The notes beneath the pieces are model-generated. The model ran no database searches. It worked only from the letters and a program-made list of their open reading frames with translations, and had not been told where the DNA came from. Position numbers and translations under genes: made by a program. Shown here one piece after another: positions 9,237 to 19,182 of a stretch of 64,000 bases of DNA. This DNA comes from Alphaproteobacteria bacterium. Its GTDB lineage: Bacteria > Pseudomonadota > Alphaproteobacteria > CAAHEQ01 > UBA3637. The stretch is taken from positions 1,446 through 65,445 of the forward strand of contig JAZKXP010000004.1 in assembly GCA_045611665.1 (NCBI GenBank), written 5' to 3'. The number at the start of each line of letters is the position of its first letter. Positions within the stretch are counted from its first letter, which is position 1.

Positions 9237-10073
9237 TTAAACCTTTACTTCCATTTTAATCGGCCCATTGGCTGAACCGGCGACGAATTGACGCACATAC
9301 GGATTTTTGGTTTTTTCCAGCTCTTTAACCGTACCGACCCAAATGATTTTTCCCTCATATAACATCGCAATTTTATCGGCAATTTTCTTGGCCGAATTCA
9401 TATCATGGGTAATGGTCAGAGCCGTTGCCCCCAATTGTTTCACCGTAGATACAATTAAATCATTAATCACATCGGACATAATCGGATCTAAACCCGTGGT
9501 CGGCTCATCAAAGAAAATAACTTCCGGATTTGTGGCAATCGCCCGAGCTAAACCGACCCGTTTTTTCATACCACCGGATAAATCCGCCGGATATACATTC
9601 GCCACATCCTTATTTAACCCCACCTGAGCCAACTTTTCAATAGCAATGCGTTTAGCCTCAGCCTTTGATACCGTTTTGTTTTGCAACAATGAAAAAGCCA
9701 CATTTTCCCAAACAGACAAACTGTCGAACAAGGCCGCGCTTTGAAACAGCATGCCGATTTTAGCATTCACCTCATCCCGTTCAGAAGAAGTTAAATCAGC
9801 TAAATTTTGCCCATCAAATTCTATTACACCTTTATCAGGGTGCAACAAACCCAAAATACATTTTAAGGTAACGGATTTGCCCGTACCGGACCCGCCGATA
9901 ATCACCAAAGATTCCCCCTTGATAATATCCAAATCCACACCATTTAACACTTTCTTTTTACCGAAAGCTTTATAAACCCCCGTCAATTTAATTTTAGGCG
10001 TATTGCCCTCTCTCTTTCGGGCTATTTTTGCCCGTGCCCCTTGAGGCAAAAATTTCATCAGTATTCTTCTCAT
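9237..10073 (-). CDS. mlaF: Phospholipid ABC transporter ATP-binding protein MlaF
   Basis: ABC ATPase with Walker A GGSGTGKS, signature LSGGMKKRV and Walker B IFFDEPT. Lies directly downstream of mlaE. Confidence 0.8.
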   Translation of the reverse strand: MRRILMKFLPQGARAKIARKREGNTPKIKLTGVYKAFGKKKVLNGVDLDIIKGESLVIIGGSGTGKSVTLKCILGLLHPDKGVIEFDGQNLADLTSSERDEVNAKIGMLFQSAALFDSLSVWENVAFSLLQNKTVSKAEAKRIAIEKLAQVGLNKDVANVYPADLSGGMKKRVGLARAIATNPEVIFFDEPTTGLDPIMSDVINDLIVSTVKQLGATALTITHDMNSAKKIADKIAMLYEGKIIWVGTVKELEKTKNPYVRQFVAGSANGPIKMEVKV

Positions 10074-10861
10074 AAGGCGAAAAACACCTCCGTCAAGATA
10101 TAGTTAAAGATTAAAATTAAAATACTGGCCGACACAACGGCATTTGTTGTGGCCTGCCCAACCCCTTGAGCGCCACCTTTGGAATAAAAGCCGTTATAAC
10201 ATCCCAGCAACGTAATGATAAATCCAAACACCGCCGCCTTTGTCATACCGGAAATAATATCCATAGCCTGTAAATATTCCCACGTATTCATCAAGTATGT
10301 TGACGCATTAAAATCCAACTTATAAATACCGATTAAATAACCGCCACAGATACCGATAATATCCCCGATAAGCACCAAAATCGGCAACATAACGACACCG
10401 GCCAAAATTCTCGGCACAATTAAATACCTGAACGGATTTGTTGATAATGTTGTCAGAGCATCGATTTGTTCCGTTACCCGCATTGTACCAAGCTCTGCCG
10501 CCATTGCTGCCCCGATACGGCCGGCCACCATCAATCCCGCCATAACAGGCGCCAACTCTCGCGTTACAGAAATTAACACCACCATCGCCACAGGACCTTC
10601 GGATGAAAAGGACGAAAAGCCTGTATAGGTTTGCAAGGCAATCACCATACCGGAAAATAAGGTTGTCAATGCAACGACCGGCAGAGAATAAAAACCGATT
10701 TCAATCAGTTGCGCTCCCAAAGCCCTCACATAAAACGGGCGTTTAAAACACTGCAAAACGGCCTCTCCGGCAAACAATCCCAATCGACCAGCGGCCGCAA
10801 AAAAGTTAAGCGCCACTCGCCCGATTTTATCCACAAATTGTAATCTTATCGCTGATTTCAT
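10070..10861 (-). CDS. mlaE: Phospholipid ABC transporter permease MlaE
   Basis: The ORF is open from 11017, but the internal ATG at 10861 (MKSAIRLQFV..) gives a typical 263-aa MlaE and is preceded by a GAAGGAAAA RBS. Multi-TM permease. Confidence 0.8.
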   Translation of the reverse strand: MKSAIRLQFVDKIGRVALNFFAAAGRLGLFAGEAVLQCFKRPFYVRALGAQLIEIGFYSLPVVALTTLFSGMVIALQTYTGFSSFSSEGPVAMVVLISVTRELAPVMAGLMVAGRIGAAMAAELGTMRVTEQIDALTTLSTNPFRYLIVPRILAGVVMLPILVLIGDIIGICGGYLIGIYKLDFNASTYLMNTWEYLQAMDIISGMTKAAVFGFIITLLGCYNGFYSKGGAQGVGQATTNAVVSASILILIFNYILTEVFFAL

Positions 10862-11152
10862 TTGTTTTCCTTCTTTATGTAATATAGGGTCAGTATAAAC
10901 CGAATGAATGGGTATTGCAACAAAAAAGCATAGCGATACCCCGACAAAGTACCACCATTTTGATGACAGTTTCGTTTGTGTTTGGACGAATTCCTTTCTA
11001 AGATAAACCCATCCCATAAAATCCAGACATTTTAGAAGCCCTATCTATCGGACAGTGCATAAATATGTGTCATTTTACCTATAGCCGCAAGACGGATAAA
11101 ACAAAACAATGTCGAACATACACCAATCTGTTTGTTTTTTTAATTTTACCCA

Positions 11153-11184
11153 CAAAAAAAAGGGAGGCAGTTGTGATTCTGCCT
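11153..11184 (-). terminator. Rho-independent terminator downstream of pgm
   Basis: Stem AGGCAG / CTGCCT (11165..11170 and 11179..11184) followed on the minus strand by a U-run, which appears as the A-run 11153..11161 on the plus strand. Confidence 0.55.
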
Positions 11185-11211
11185 ACCCCCACACACAAAA
11201 CATCATTCTTA

Positions 11212-12843
11212 TCAAGTAATCACAGTAGCGACTTCTCGGTCGGTAAACCGTTTTGTATCACTTATTTGATTAAACGCCTCAATCAAATCAGCAAGCGTTT
11301 CTTGTACATCCTCATTTAAACGAGCCTTATCCGTTACCGTTTTATTGTAATAGACCCGCATTGTGGCACCACTGCTGCCCGTACCGGATAAACGCACGAC
11401 AATTCTGGCCCCTTCATGGAACACGATTTCCACAACTGGCAATTCTTCCACCACCCCCGTTGTGGGATCGGTATAAACAAATAATCCCGCTTGCTTTACC
11501 GTTAAATCACCAAATTTTTGCCCCTCAAGTGTTTTGGTTTGTTCCGTTAAATGGTGCATGACGGCATTGGCATCATCCGATTCTAACCCTTCGTAATTAT
11601 GGGTAGAACAATAAACACGACCGTATTTTTGCCAATGATCCAACGTAATTTGTTCCACGGTTTTTCCGGTTTTCGCCAAAATTGTCAACCACGCGAGCAC
11701 CGCCCAAATTCCGTCTTTTTCCCTTAAATGAGAAGAACCGGCGCCAAAACTTTCTTCCCCGCACAAAGCAATTTTATTATGGTCCAGCAACGACCCGAAA
11801 TATTTCCACCCTGTCGGTGTCGCATAAATAGGCAAACTCTTTGCCGTTGCTACCGCATCCAAAGCCGTTGATGTCGGCATAGACCGTGCAACCCCATATA
11901 ACCGCCCTTTATAGTAAGGAATTTCCTCTAAATAATCGGCAAGAATGGCCAAACTGTCAGAGGGATTCACAAAGAAATTATGTCCTAAAATCATATAGCG
12001 ATCGCCATCTCCATCCGACGCCGCTGCAAAATCCGGGCCGTTTTCACTATAGGCCATATCGACCAAATGTTTCGCATACACCAAATTTGGTTCCGGATGC
12101 AATCCACCGAAATCCGGCATAGGATCGGCATGAATAACACTCCCCTCTTTAGCGCCCAGCATTTTTTCAAAAATCCGTTTCGCATAAGGTCCCGTTACGG
12201 CATTCATTGAATCAAATACGAATTTAATGCCTTTTTTGAAATAGTTTTTCAACAAATCAAAATCGAAAATTTCTTGCATATAGTCAGCATAATCATCAAC
12301 CGAATCAACAATTTCTATTGTCATTGTCCCAATCGTTTGAATACCAACGACAGACAAATCAACATCCGACGTATCCACCATCCAATACCGATCAATTACT
12401 TTTGTTCGTTCCGCAATTTTTTGCATTAATGTTTCGGGAGCGCTTCCACCGGCGGCATTATTAAATTTAATTCCAAAATCTCCATCCGGACCTCCGGGAT
12501 TATGAGACGCAGACAAAATAAGTCCGCCAAAAGCTTCGTATTTGTTAATCAAATGAGAGGCTGCCGGTGTTGATAAAATACCGTTTTGTCCCACAATAAC
12601 ACGTCCAAATTGATTTGCGATAGCCATTTTTATAATCGTTTGAATGGCCTTTTCGTTATAGTACCGTCCATCTCCGCCAATAACCAAAGTTTTCCCTTCA
12701 AACCCTTCCAAACAATCAAAAACCGATTGCACAAAATTTTCGATGTATCCCGGTTGACGAAAGACAGATACCTTCTTACGAAGTCCTGACGTGCCCGTTT
12801 TTTGATCCATAAAAGGTTTTGTTTTTACGGCCGTAATATCCAT
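11212..12843 (-). CDS. pgm: Phosphoglucomutase (alpha-D-glucose phosphate-specific)
   Basis: Phosphoserine loop TASHNPGGP, FDQKTGTSGLRKKV near the N-terminus and CGEESFG. Start refined to the ATG at 12843, preceded by RBS GGAGAAAAAA, rather than 12912. Confidence 0.85.
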   Translation of the reverse strand: MDITAVKTKPFMDQKTGTSGLRKKVSVFRQPGYIENFVQSVFDCLEGFEGKTLVIGGDGRYYNEKAIQTIIKMAIANQFGRVIVGQNGILSTPAASHLINKYEAFGGLILSASHNPGGPDGDFGIKFNNAAGGSAPETLMQKIAERTKVIDRYWMVDTSDVDLSVVGIQTIGTMTIEIVDSVDDYADYMQEIFDFDLLKNYFKKGIKFVFDSMNAVTGPYAKRIFEKMLGAKEGSVIHADPMPDFGGLHPEPNLVYAKHLVDMAYSENGPDFAAASDGDGDRYMILGHNFFVNPSDSLAILADYLEEIPYYKGRLYGVARSMPTSTALDAVATAKSLPIYATPTGWKYFGSLLDHNKIALCGEESFGAGSSHLREKDGIWAVLAWLTILAKTGKTVEQITLDHWQKYGRVYCSTHNYEGLESDDANAVMHHLTEQTKTLEGQKFGDLTVKQAGLFVYTDPTTGVVEELPVVEIVFHEGARIVVRLSGTGSSGATMRVYYNKTVTDKARLNEDVQETLADLIEAFNQISDTKRFTDREVATVIT

Positions 12844-12976
12844 TTTTTTCTCCTTGTACTTTAATGCTTCCAATATAACGGCCCCATCAAAAAAAAGCAA
12901 GCGATTACGCAAAAGATTTTGCAGACTTTTTCATATTTTATCATAATCCCCGACCGTTTTTCTGTTTAATTTAAGC

Positions 12977-13013
12977 AAAAAAAACACTCCGTTCGAAAAA
13001 CTTCTACGGAGTG
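12977..13013 (-). terminator. Rho-independent terminator downstream of rpsT
   Basis: Stem CACTCCG / CGGAGTG (12985..12991 and 13007..13013), with a minus-strand U-run encoded by the plus-strand A8 at 12977..12984. Confidence 0.5.
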
Positions 13014-13048
13014 CATAAAAAACACAAAAAAAACACAAAAGAAAGATG

Positions 13049-13321
13049 TTAGGCTTTTTTTACTAAAGCTTTAACGGCAGCAGCCAATCTGGAAATTTTA
13101 CGGGCAGCTGTATTTTTGTGAATTGTACCACGACTGGCAGCACGAGCCATCAAAGACTCTGTTGATTTAAAAGCAGCAACAGCAGCTTCTTGATCACCGG
13201 CAGCAATCGCCTTTCTTGTTTTTTTAACTTCTGTTCTGACGGCGTTTAAACGATTGGAATTAATAATCGCTCTTTTATTATTGCGTCTGACGCGTGTTTT
13301 CGCCGATTTTAAATTGGCCAT
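13049..13321 (-). CDS. rpsT: 30S ribosomal protein S20
   Basis: 90 aa, basic, begins MANLKSAKTRVRRNNKR as in canonical bS20. Confidence 0.9.
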   Translation of the reverse strand: MANLKSAKTRVRRNNKRAIINSNRLNAVRTEVKKTRKAIAAGDQEAAVAAFKSTESLMARAASRGTIHKNTAARKISRLAAAVKALVKKA

Positions 13322-13422
13322 TTTCTTATCCTTACTGATATATTAAATTAAACTAAGGACTAATTTGTACCTCAAAAAAAAGCAAAAGTCAAGATATTTT
13401 TACAAAATATTTACTTTTTTAA

Positions 13423-14145
13423 TTATTTCATCTTATCCGCATCGGAAAAAATTGCATCTGTCGGCGGCACAGCATCGGCCATTCCTGCCGCTTCGGCAGC
13501 AGCCCGCTCTTGTTGTTCACGCAGTATTACCTGCCCCGGCAACACATCCGATTGGAAGTTGACACCTAAGATAGAATCGATTTCGGCATCAATTTTTTCC
13601 AACTCGACCAGTTTTTCCTCAACCCGTTTTTGTTGTTCTTCCAAAGCCATTTGTTTTTCATTTAACATATCCGGCAATAAAGCTTCAATAGATTTTGTCG
13701 CAATTTCAATTTCTTCCGTTGTCAAAAATTGTTCCAATAACAACGCCAACCGCGTTGCCCCTTCATGTCCGTTCATTGAGGCAATAAACGCCCACTTATA
13801 GGCCACCAAGTCATTTTGCGGCAAGACAATCCCCTTATTATACAGCTGAGCCAATCTGTATTGAGCCTCTGTATGTCCTTGCAAGGCGGCAGCCGTCAAA
13901 CAATAACTGGCCCCGAGACGTTTTTCCGTTTTTTCCATCAACAAGGCTTCACCATACAAAAACAAATCCTCTTTAGTCGGCATAAAGACGCCACCTCTGG
14001 CTTCATCAAACTGCCCGTCACATTGTGGCGGAATAACCGCTTCTTGATTGTGTTCATCAAAGGTCCAAAAAGCCCCTTGTGCCTGACTTTGAACCGATAT
14101 CAATAAAGCCCCCAAAAAGAATCCGGATAATAAAATATGTTTCAT
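13423..14145 (-). CDS. Secreted Sel1-repeat (TPR-like) protein with a C-terminal coiled coil
   Basis: Start refined to MKHILLSGFFLGALLISVQSQAQG (signal peptide) at 14145, with an AAGGA RBS. Sel1-like repeats (AQYRLAQLYNKG.., AYKWAFIASMNGHEGA), then an E/K/Q-rich coiled coil. Confidence 0.55.
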   Translation of the reverse strand: MKHILLSGFFLGALLISVQSQAQGAFWTFDEHNQEAVIPPQCDGQFDEARGGVFMPTKEDLFLYGEALLMEKTEKRLGASYCLTAAALQGHTEAQYRLAQLYNKGIVLPQNDLVAYKWAFIASMNGHEGATRLALLLEQFLTTEEIEIATKSIEALLPDMLNEKQMALEEQQKRVEEKLVELEKIDAEIDSILGVNFQSDVLPGQVILREQQERAAAEAAGMADAVPPTDAIFSDADKMK

Positions 14146-14323
14146 AAAATATCCTTTTGCTGTGTCGTCTCTTACCCTTTTAAATCTTTTTTTTTCAAAT
14201 GGCAAGCAAAAAAATGAATTATCTAAAAAAGACAAACTCTTGACATTTAACTTCTTAAAATCAGAAAAATCACACAATGGATACAACCACACGTAAATAA
14301 GATATTGTAAAATTCACATCCTT

Positions 14324-16114
14324 TTATTTGCTCTTCATCCACCATGTAAGAGACGAAACGCCTTTCATCGGAATAGTCTCGGGCATATCAAATTTATCCC
14401 AATAAACATAACGCAAAACCGGTGTATGCCAGTGAGGTATCACCAGATAAGACCACAATAAAACACGGTCAAGAGCTTGCGTGGCGATTTGCAATTCCGA
14501 TGCGGTCTTTGCAGAAATAATTTTTTCGATTAATGCATCAATGGCCTGATTTTTAATGCCGGAATAATTCATAGATCCATGCGTGTCGGCCGATTCACTC
14601 CCCCAAAAATAACGTTGTTCATTTCCGGGAGACAAAGATTGCCCCCATACGGAAACAATCATATCATAATCAAAGGTATCCAACCGATTTTTATATTGTA
14701 TCACATCGACCGTTGTAATTTTTGCCTGTATCCCCAATCGTTTTAACCGACCGGCAAAAGGTAACACAACCCGTTCCCACATCGGCGCCGACGCCGCATC
14801 CAACAAAATTTCAAAACTAAATGGTTCTCCTTGATGATTTTTTAGAACACCATCTTGCACGACCCACCCCGCCTCAACCAGCAAGTCAAGTGCTTTTTTT
14901 AGGCTATCCCGCATATCCCCATTTTTATTTTCCGGCAACACAAATGGTTTATCAAACACCGCATTCGGCACCATAGACCGATACGGAGCCAACAAAGCCT
15001 TTTCTTCCAGACTCGGCAACGGAGGTGCTTTTAAGAACGAGTTGTCAAAATAACTGGTGGTACGTCGATATAATCCATGAAACAAATTTTGATTAGCCCA
15101 ATTAAAATCAAACACGTACGACAAAGCTTCACGCACCCGAGAATCGGCAAAAACAGGCCGCCGCAAATTAAACACAAACCCCTGCATACCGCTGGGTAAA
15201 TGATGGGCGAATTCTTTTGTTTTTAAACGGCCTTCTTTTATGGCCGGCTCTTCCGTTAATGCGGCCCACTTTTTGGCTTCGTTTTCCTGACGAATATCGA
15301 TGGCACCGGCCTTAAAAGCCTCACTCATCACCGTAGCATCACGGTAATAATCATACTTAATGATTTCAAAATTATTCTGACCGCGATTGACATTCAAATC
15401 CATTGCCCAATATGACGGATTCAGCCGATATTCAATAAACTTACTCGGATCAAACTTATCCACAATATAGGCACCGCTGCCGACAGGAACATCTAATGAT
15501 GTTTTCGTAAAATCCCGATTTTGCCACCACGCTTTGCTCAAAATCGGCAGTTCCCCTAAAATCAACGGCAACTCACGATTATTAACTCCCTCTTGAAAAT
15601 CGAATCGCACACGATGTTCCCCCTGACGATAAACCCTTTCCACATCGGCATAATAATATCGATAAGTCGGCAACCCTTTATCCCGTAAAATTTCAAACGA
15701 AAAAATCACATCTTCCGGCGTAATCGGAGACCCATCCGAAAAACTTGCCTTTGGATTAATATCAAAAGCAACCCAAGAACGATCATCAGGCACTTCTATT
15801 GTTTCAGCAATCAATCCGTACAAAGAAAAAGGTTCATCTAAACTCTGACGCATTAATGTATCGTACATTAACCCAACGCCGGCCGGAGCAATCCCATTTA
15901 TCACATACGGATTAAATGTATCAAAAATGCCAATGGCTCCTTGCGTTAATGTTCCGCGTTTAGGTGCATTCGGATTGACGTATTCAAAAGAATGAAACCC
16001 TGCCGGATATTTGGGAGCTCCATGCATACTGATGCCATGCTGTGAATGAGCCCATACCGCTGAAGACACCATAATCCCCACAGTAAACACAATTATTCTT
16101 CGTAAACTCTGCAA
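14324..16114 (-). CDS. ABC transporter substrate-binding protein, family 5 (YejA/MppA/OppA-like), orphan
   Basis: 596 aa with a signal peptide (..VSSAVWAHS) and the length and architecture of SBP_bac_5. No permease or ATPase genes nearby. Overlaps the alr stop by 22 nt. Confidence 0.7.
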   Translation of the reverse strand: MQSLRRIIVFTVGIMVSSAVWAHSQHGISMHGAPKYPAGFHSFEYVNPNAPKRGTLTQGAIGIFDTFNPYVINGIAPAGVGLMYDTLMRQSLDEPFSLYGLIAETIEVPDDRSWVAFDINPKASFSDGSPITPEDVIFSFEILRDKGLPTYRYYYADVERVYRQGEHRVRFDFQEGVNNRELPLILGELPILSKAWWQNRDFTKTSLDVPVGSGAYIVDKFDPSKFIEYRLNPSYWAMDLNVNRGQNNFEIIKYDYYRDATVMSEAFKAGAIDIRQENEAKKWAALTEEPAIKEGRLKTKEFAHHLPSGMQGFVFNLRRPVFADSRVREALSYVFDFNWANQNLFHGLYRRTTSYFDNSFLKAPPLPSLEEKALLAPYRSMVPNAVFDKPFVLPENKNGDMRDSLKKALDLLVEAGWVVQDGVLKNHQGEPFSFEILLDAASAPMWERVVLPFAGRLKRLGIQAKITTVDVIQYKNRLDTFDYDMIVSVWGQSLSPGNEQRYFWGSESADTHGSMNYSGIKNQAIDALIEKIISAKTASELQIATQALDRVLLWSYLVIPHWHTPVLRYVYWDKFDMPETIPMKGVSSLTWWMKSK

Positions 16115-17160
16115 AACCGTTTTCCCTTACCTAAAGAGGATAAAATTTCATATCCGATTGTGCCGGCATCAATCGCCATATTATCGGCTCGATAGACGTC
16201 ATCCAAAATCATGGCTTTATCGCCAATCTTAACATCCTGTAAATCTGTAATATCGCACATAATATTATCCATTGAAATACGTCCGATAATAGGGGCATTT
16301 TGACCATTTATCCGAACCAATCCCCGATTAGAGAGCGATCTCATGACCCCATCTCCATATCCAATAGACACCACCGCTATTTTAGATGTTTTGGATGCTT
16401 GGAATGTGGCGCCGTACCCAACATATTCTCCCCTTTGCACCTCTGCAATCTGCAACACGGGAGCGGAAATAAACACTGTCGGTTTTAGAGCCGATACCGT
16501 TACCCCTTTGACTGTATTTAATCCATATAAAGCCGCCCCTAAACGCACCATATCAAATTGAAAATCCGCCCCCAAAAAAACACCGTCAGAAGCCGCTAAT
16601 GTTGCCGGCAGACCCAACTTATCACGTATCATTTTAAACGCACTCAGTTGTCGTTGATTCATAAAATGGAGACAATCATCGGCGCATGCCAAATGCGACA
16701 GAACATAAGAAAAACGACCCACACCGTTTGATAGCAATTCCGGAATATCCTTCTCTCGAAATCCCAAACGATTTAAGCCTGTTTCCACCTGAATAATCGG
16801 TTTAATACCATCAATATTCAAACCGTTCCACAATTTCAACATGTGAGGAGAAGCAATAACGGGCGTCAACCGATAAGTCCAAAATAAATCGGCACTATCC
16901 TCACCAATTCCTTGTAACACATAAATATCGGCATCCGGCGCACAGGAACGAATTTCCGCCCCCTCGATAGCATGCGCCACAAAAAAAGCATCACACCCCT
17001 CTTGTACTAACCGTTTTACAACCGCACTCGCCCCTAATCCATAAGCATCCGTTTTTACAACAGCCGCAGCCCGTCCTGTCGTCAAGCGCTTTAAAACACG
17101 CCAGTTGTGAGCGAGATTAGATAAAGAAACCTTAAATTCCGGTCTGGTTAATACAGGCAT
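16093..17160 (-). CDS. alr: Alanine racemase
   Basis: 355 aa with the N-terminal PLP-lysine region AVVKTDAYGLG (AVVKANAYGHG-type motif) and a C-terminal beta domain. Confidence 0.85.
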   Translation of the reverse strand: MPVLTRPEFKVSLSNLAHNWRVLKRLTTGRAAAVVKTDAYGLGASAVVKRLVQEGCDAFFVAHAIEGAEIRSCAPDADIYVLQGIGEDSADLFWTYRLTPVIASPHMLKLWNGLNIDGIKPIIQVETGLNRLGFREKDIPELLSNGVGRFSYVLSHLACADDCLHFMNQRQLSAFKMIRDKLGLPATLAASDGVFLGADFQFDMVRLGAALYGLNTVKGVTVSALKPTVFISAPVLQIAEVQRGEYVGYGATFQASKTSKIAVVSIGYGDGVMRSLSNRGLVRINGQNAPIIGRISMDNIMCDITDLQDVKIGDKAMILDDVYRADNMAIDAGTIGYEILSSLGKGKRFCRVYEE

Positions 17161-17466
17161 TTATGCATCCTTTTCCACAAAGGATACCTGTACATCATCA
17201 GGTAATGTCATTGTTTCATATTTTGAAATCGGTTCATCTTTCATGATAGACAAATGAGATTGTTGCGATTTTACATTATTTTCCTGTCGCACAGGTAACT
17301 CTGACATCTGTATCATCATTTTTTCCAATGTTTTTAAGCGTTGAAAAATATGACGTAAAATCAGCTGTTGCCGATAAAACAACACGCCGGAAAACAAAAT
17401 AAATCCAACGGCCAAAACCCACAATAAAAACGCTAAAATCCCAATTTCCCATAGAATAATTTGCAT
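17161..17466 (-). CDS. Hypothetical small membrane protein
   Basis: 101 aa with one N-terminal TM. Its stop abuts the alr start, so it is co-oriented and probably co-transcribed. Confidence 0.4.
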   Translation of the reverse strand: MQIILWEIGILAFLLWVLAVGFILFSGVLFYRQQLILRHIFQRLKTLEKMMIQMSELPVRQENNVKSQQSHLSIMKDEPISKYETMTLPDDVQVSFVEKDA

Positions 17467-17559
17467 ATATATTTCCTTTTTATGACATCTGCACCAAAAT
17501 GCTGGACTTTTTGCATTATAATGTGTATAATCTTAAAAATCAAACAAAAAGGGTAAACA

Positions 17560-18519
17560 ATGCAATATTTAGATTTTGAAAATAAAGTTTTAGAAATTGA
17601 CGCTCGGATTGAAGAGGTCAAAATATCAAAAACAAATGATGCCGAAGGATTGGCAAAGGAGTTGGAACGCCTGAAAGAAAAAAAACAAAAAGTGTTAAAT
17701 GATTTATACAAAGATTTAACGCCATGGCAAAAATGTGCCGTTGCCCGTCATGAAAACCGTCCGCATACCGTGGATTATATTAAAGCTATCTTCAAAGATT
17801 TTTCACCTTTAAGCGGGGATCGGGCTTTTGCCGAAGATAAAGCCATTATCGGCGGTCTAGCCAAACTTGGCAACGATACAGTTATGGTTATCGGTCATGA
17901 AAAAGGCCACGATACAGACTCTAGATTAGAACATAATTTCGGTATGGCAAAACCGGAAGGATATCGCAAAGTTATTCGCTTAATGCGTTTGGCGGAACAG
18001 TTTGGTATTCCCGTCGTGACGTTGGTAGATACGGCCGGCGCCTTTCCAGGGGTAGAAGGTGAAGAACGCGGACAAGGACAAGCGATTGCTTCATGCACCG
18101 AAACATGCCTTGACCTCAAAGTTCCCTTAGTCGCCACTATTATTGGGGAAGGAGGCAGCGGAGGAGCCATTGCAATGGCTGCCGGCAACACGATTATGAT
18201 GCTTAAAAACTCCATTTATTCTGTCATTTCGCCAGAAGGATGCGCGTCCATTCTATGGAAAGATCATAAATTCGCACCAAAAGCTGCCGAAATTTTGAAC
18301 TTAACTGCCGATGATTTAAAACGTTTGGGCGTTATTGATACCGTTATTACAGAACCGGCAGGAGGGGCGCATCGTTTTCCAAAAGAAACTATGTTGGCTG
18401 TTCGAGATGCGATACAAGAAGCCTTAAGCGCACTTAAAGGTAAAACCGGAGAAGAACTGAAACGCCATCGTCAAGACAAATTCTTACAAATGACACGACT
18501 GGAACAAACGGAAGAGTAG
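17560..18519 (+). CDS. accA: Acetyl-CoA carboxylase carboxyltransferase subunit alpha
   Basis: 319 aa, canonical AccA (..RPHTVDYI.., GGSGGAIAMA..). Confidence 0.9.
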   Translation: MQYLDFENKVLEIDARIEEVKISKTNDAEGLAKELERLKEKKQKVLNDLYKDLTPWQKCAVARHENRPHTVDYIKAIFKDFSPLSGDRAFAEDKAIIGGLAKLGNDTVMVIGHEKGHDTDSRLEHNFGMAKPEGYRKVIRLMRLAEQFGIPVVTLVDTAGAFPGVEGEERGQGQAIASCTETCLDLKVPLVATIIGEGGSGGAIAMAAGNTIMMLKNSIYSVISPEGCASILWKDHKFAPKAAEILNLTADDLKRLGVIDTVITEPAGGAHRFPKETMLAVRDAIQEALSALKGKTGEELKRHRQDKFLQMTRLEQTEE

Positions 18520-18602
18520 ACCGCCAAACAATTTCTCGGATATTTATTATATAAAAAATTCAAATTAAGTATTTGAATAATATACGTTTTTACACAAAAC
18601 AA

Positions 18603-18631
18603 TTGACAAAAGGCAAATTATCTGTTATACT
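18603..18631 (+). promoter_or_regulatory. Sigma70-like promoter of the hypothetical gene at 18664
   Basis: TTGACA at 18603..18608, a 17-nt spacer, then TATACT at 18626..18631. An RBS GGAGAG precedes the ATG. Confidence 0.55.
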
Positions 18632-18663
18632 GATAGAACAACCGCATAAAAATAGGAGAGAAG

Positions 18664-19146
18664 ATGTCAGAAAAAAATTTAATTATCCCAAACGCTCTTT
18701 GGTCTTTTTATGAACAAAAAAAAGAGACCGCTCTGACAAAAGAAGAGGAGCGCTTTTTCCACAAAGTGTTTCAATATGCATTACGCATCCTTAATGGGGT
18801 GCCGTGCGCTTCCAACAGAAACTCTCTCAATCAGCGGGCTATTGCTCGTACGGCTCGCACATGGTTGTTGGAATATAAAGATTTTCAAAAAAACTATGAC
18901 ACTAAAAAACAAGAATCCTCATCATCTCGCTCTCGTTTAGGTCAAGATACCGGAAAACGCGTCATTACAAAATCAGAAGTTGCCGTTACAGGACGCTCGG
19001 ACGCCTTAATTGAAGCTATGTCCGATGTTTTGCAAAGCTCGGTTTATACGGCAGATGGCCGCTATACAATGATGCGCGTAAGACATAACAGCGTTTTTAA
19101 TGAAAAAAGACGGGGCGAGCATCGTTATCCCAAGACACGTGATTAA
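18664..19146 (+). CDS. Hypothetical protein
   Basis: 160 aa with good promoter, RBS and terminator context; no recognisable motif. Confidence 0.45.
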   Translation: MSEKNLIIPNALWSFYEQKKETALTKEEERFFHKVFQYALRILNGVPCASNRNSLNQRAIARTARTWLLEYKDFQKNYDTKKQESSSSRSRLGQDTGKRVITKSEVAVTGRSDALIEAMSDVLQSSVYTADGRYTMMRVRHNSVFNEKRRGEHRYPKTRD

Positions 19147-19151
19147 CAAAT

Positions 19152-19180
19152 AAGGTCTCAAAATTTTAAGACCTTATTTT
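19152..19180. terminator. Bidirectional rho-independent terminator between convergent genes (hypothetical / ftsZ)
   Basis: 8-bp stem TAAGGTCT / AGACCTTA (19152..19159 and 19169..19176) flanked by T-runs on both strands. Confidence 0.55.
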
Positions 19181-19182
19181 TA

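Noticed and set aside
10862-11017. 52-aa N-terminal extension of MlaE in the track ORF (start 11017)
   Set aside because: The internal ATG at 10861 has a strong RBS and yields a canonical-length MlaE. The extension has no counterpart in MlaE proteins.
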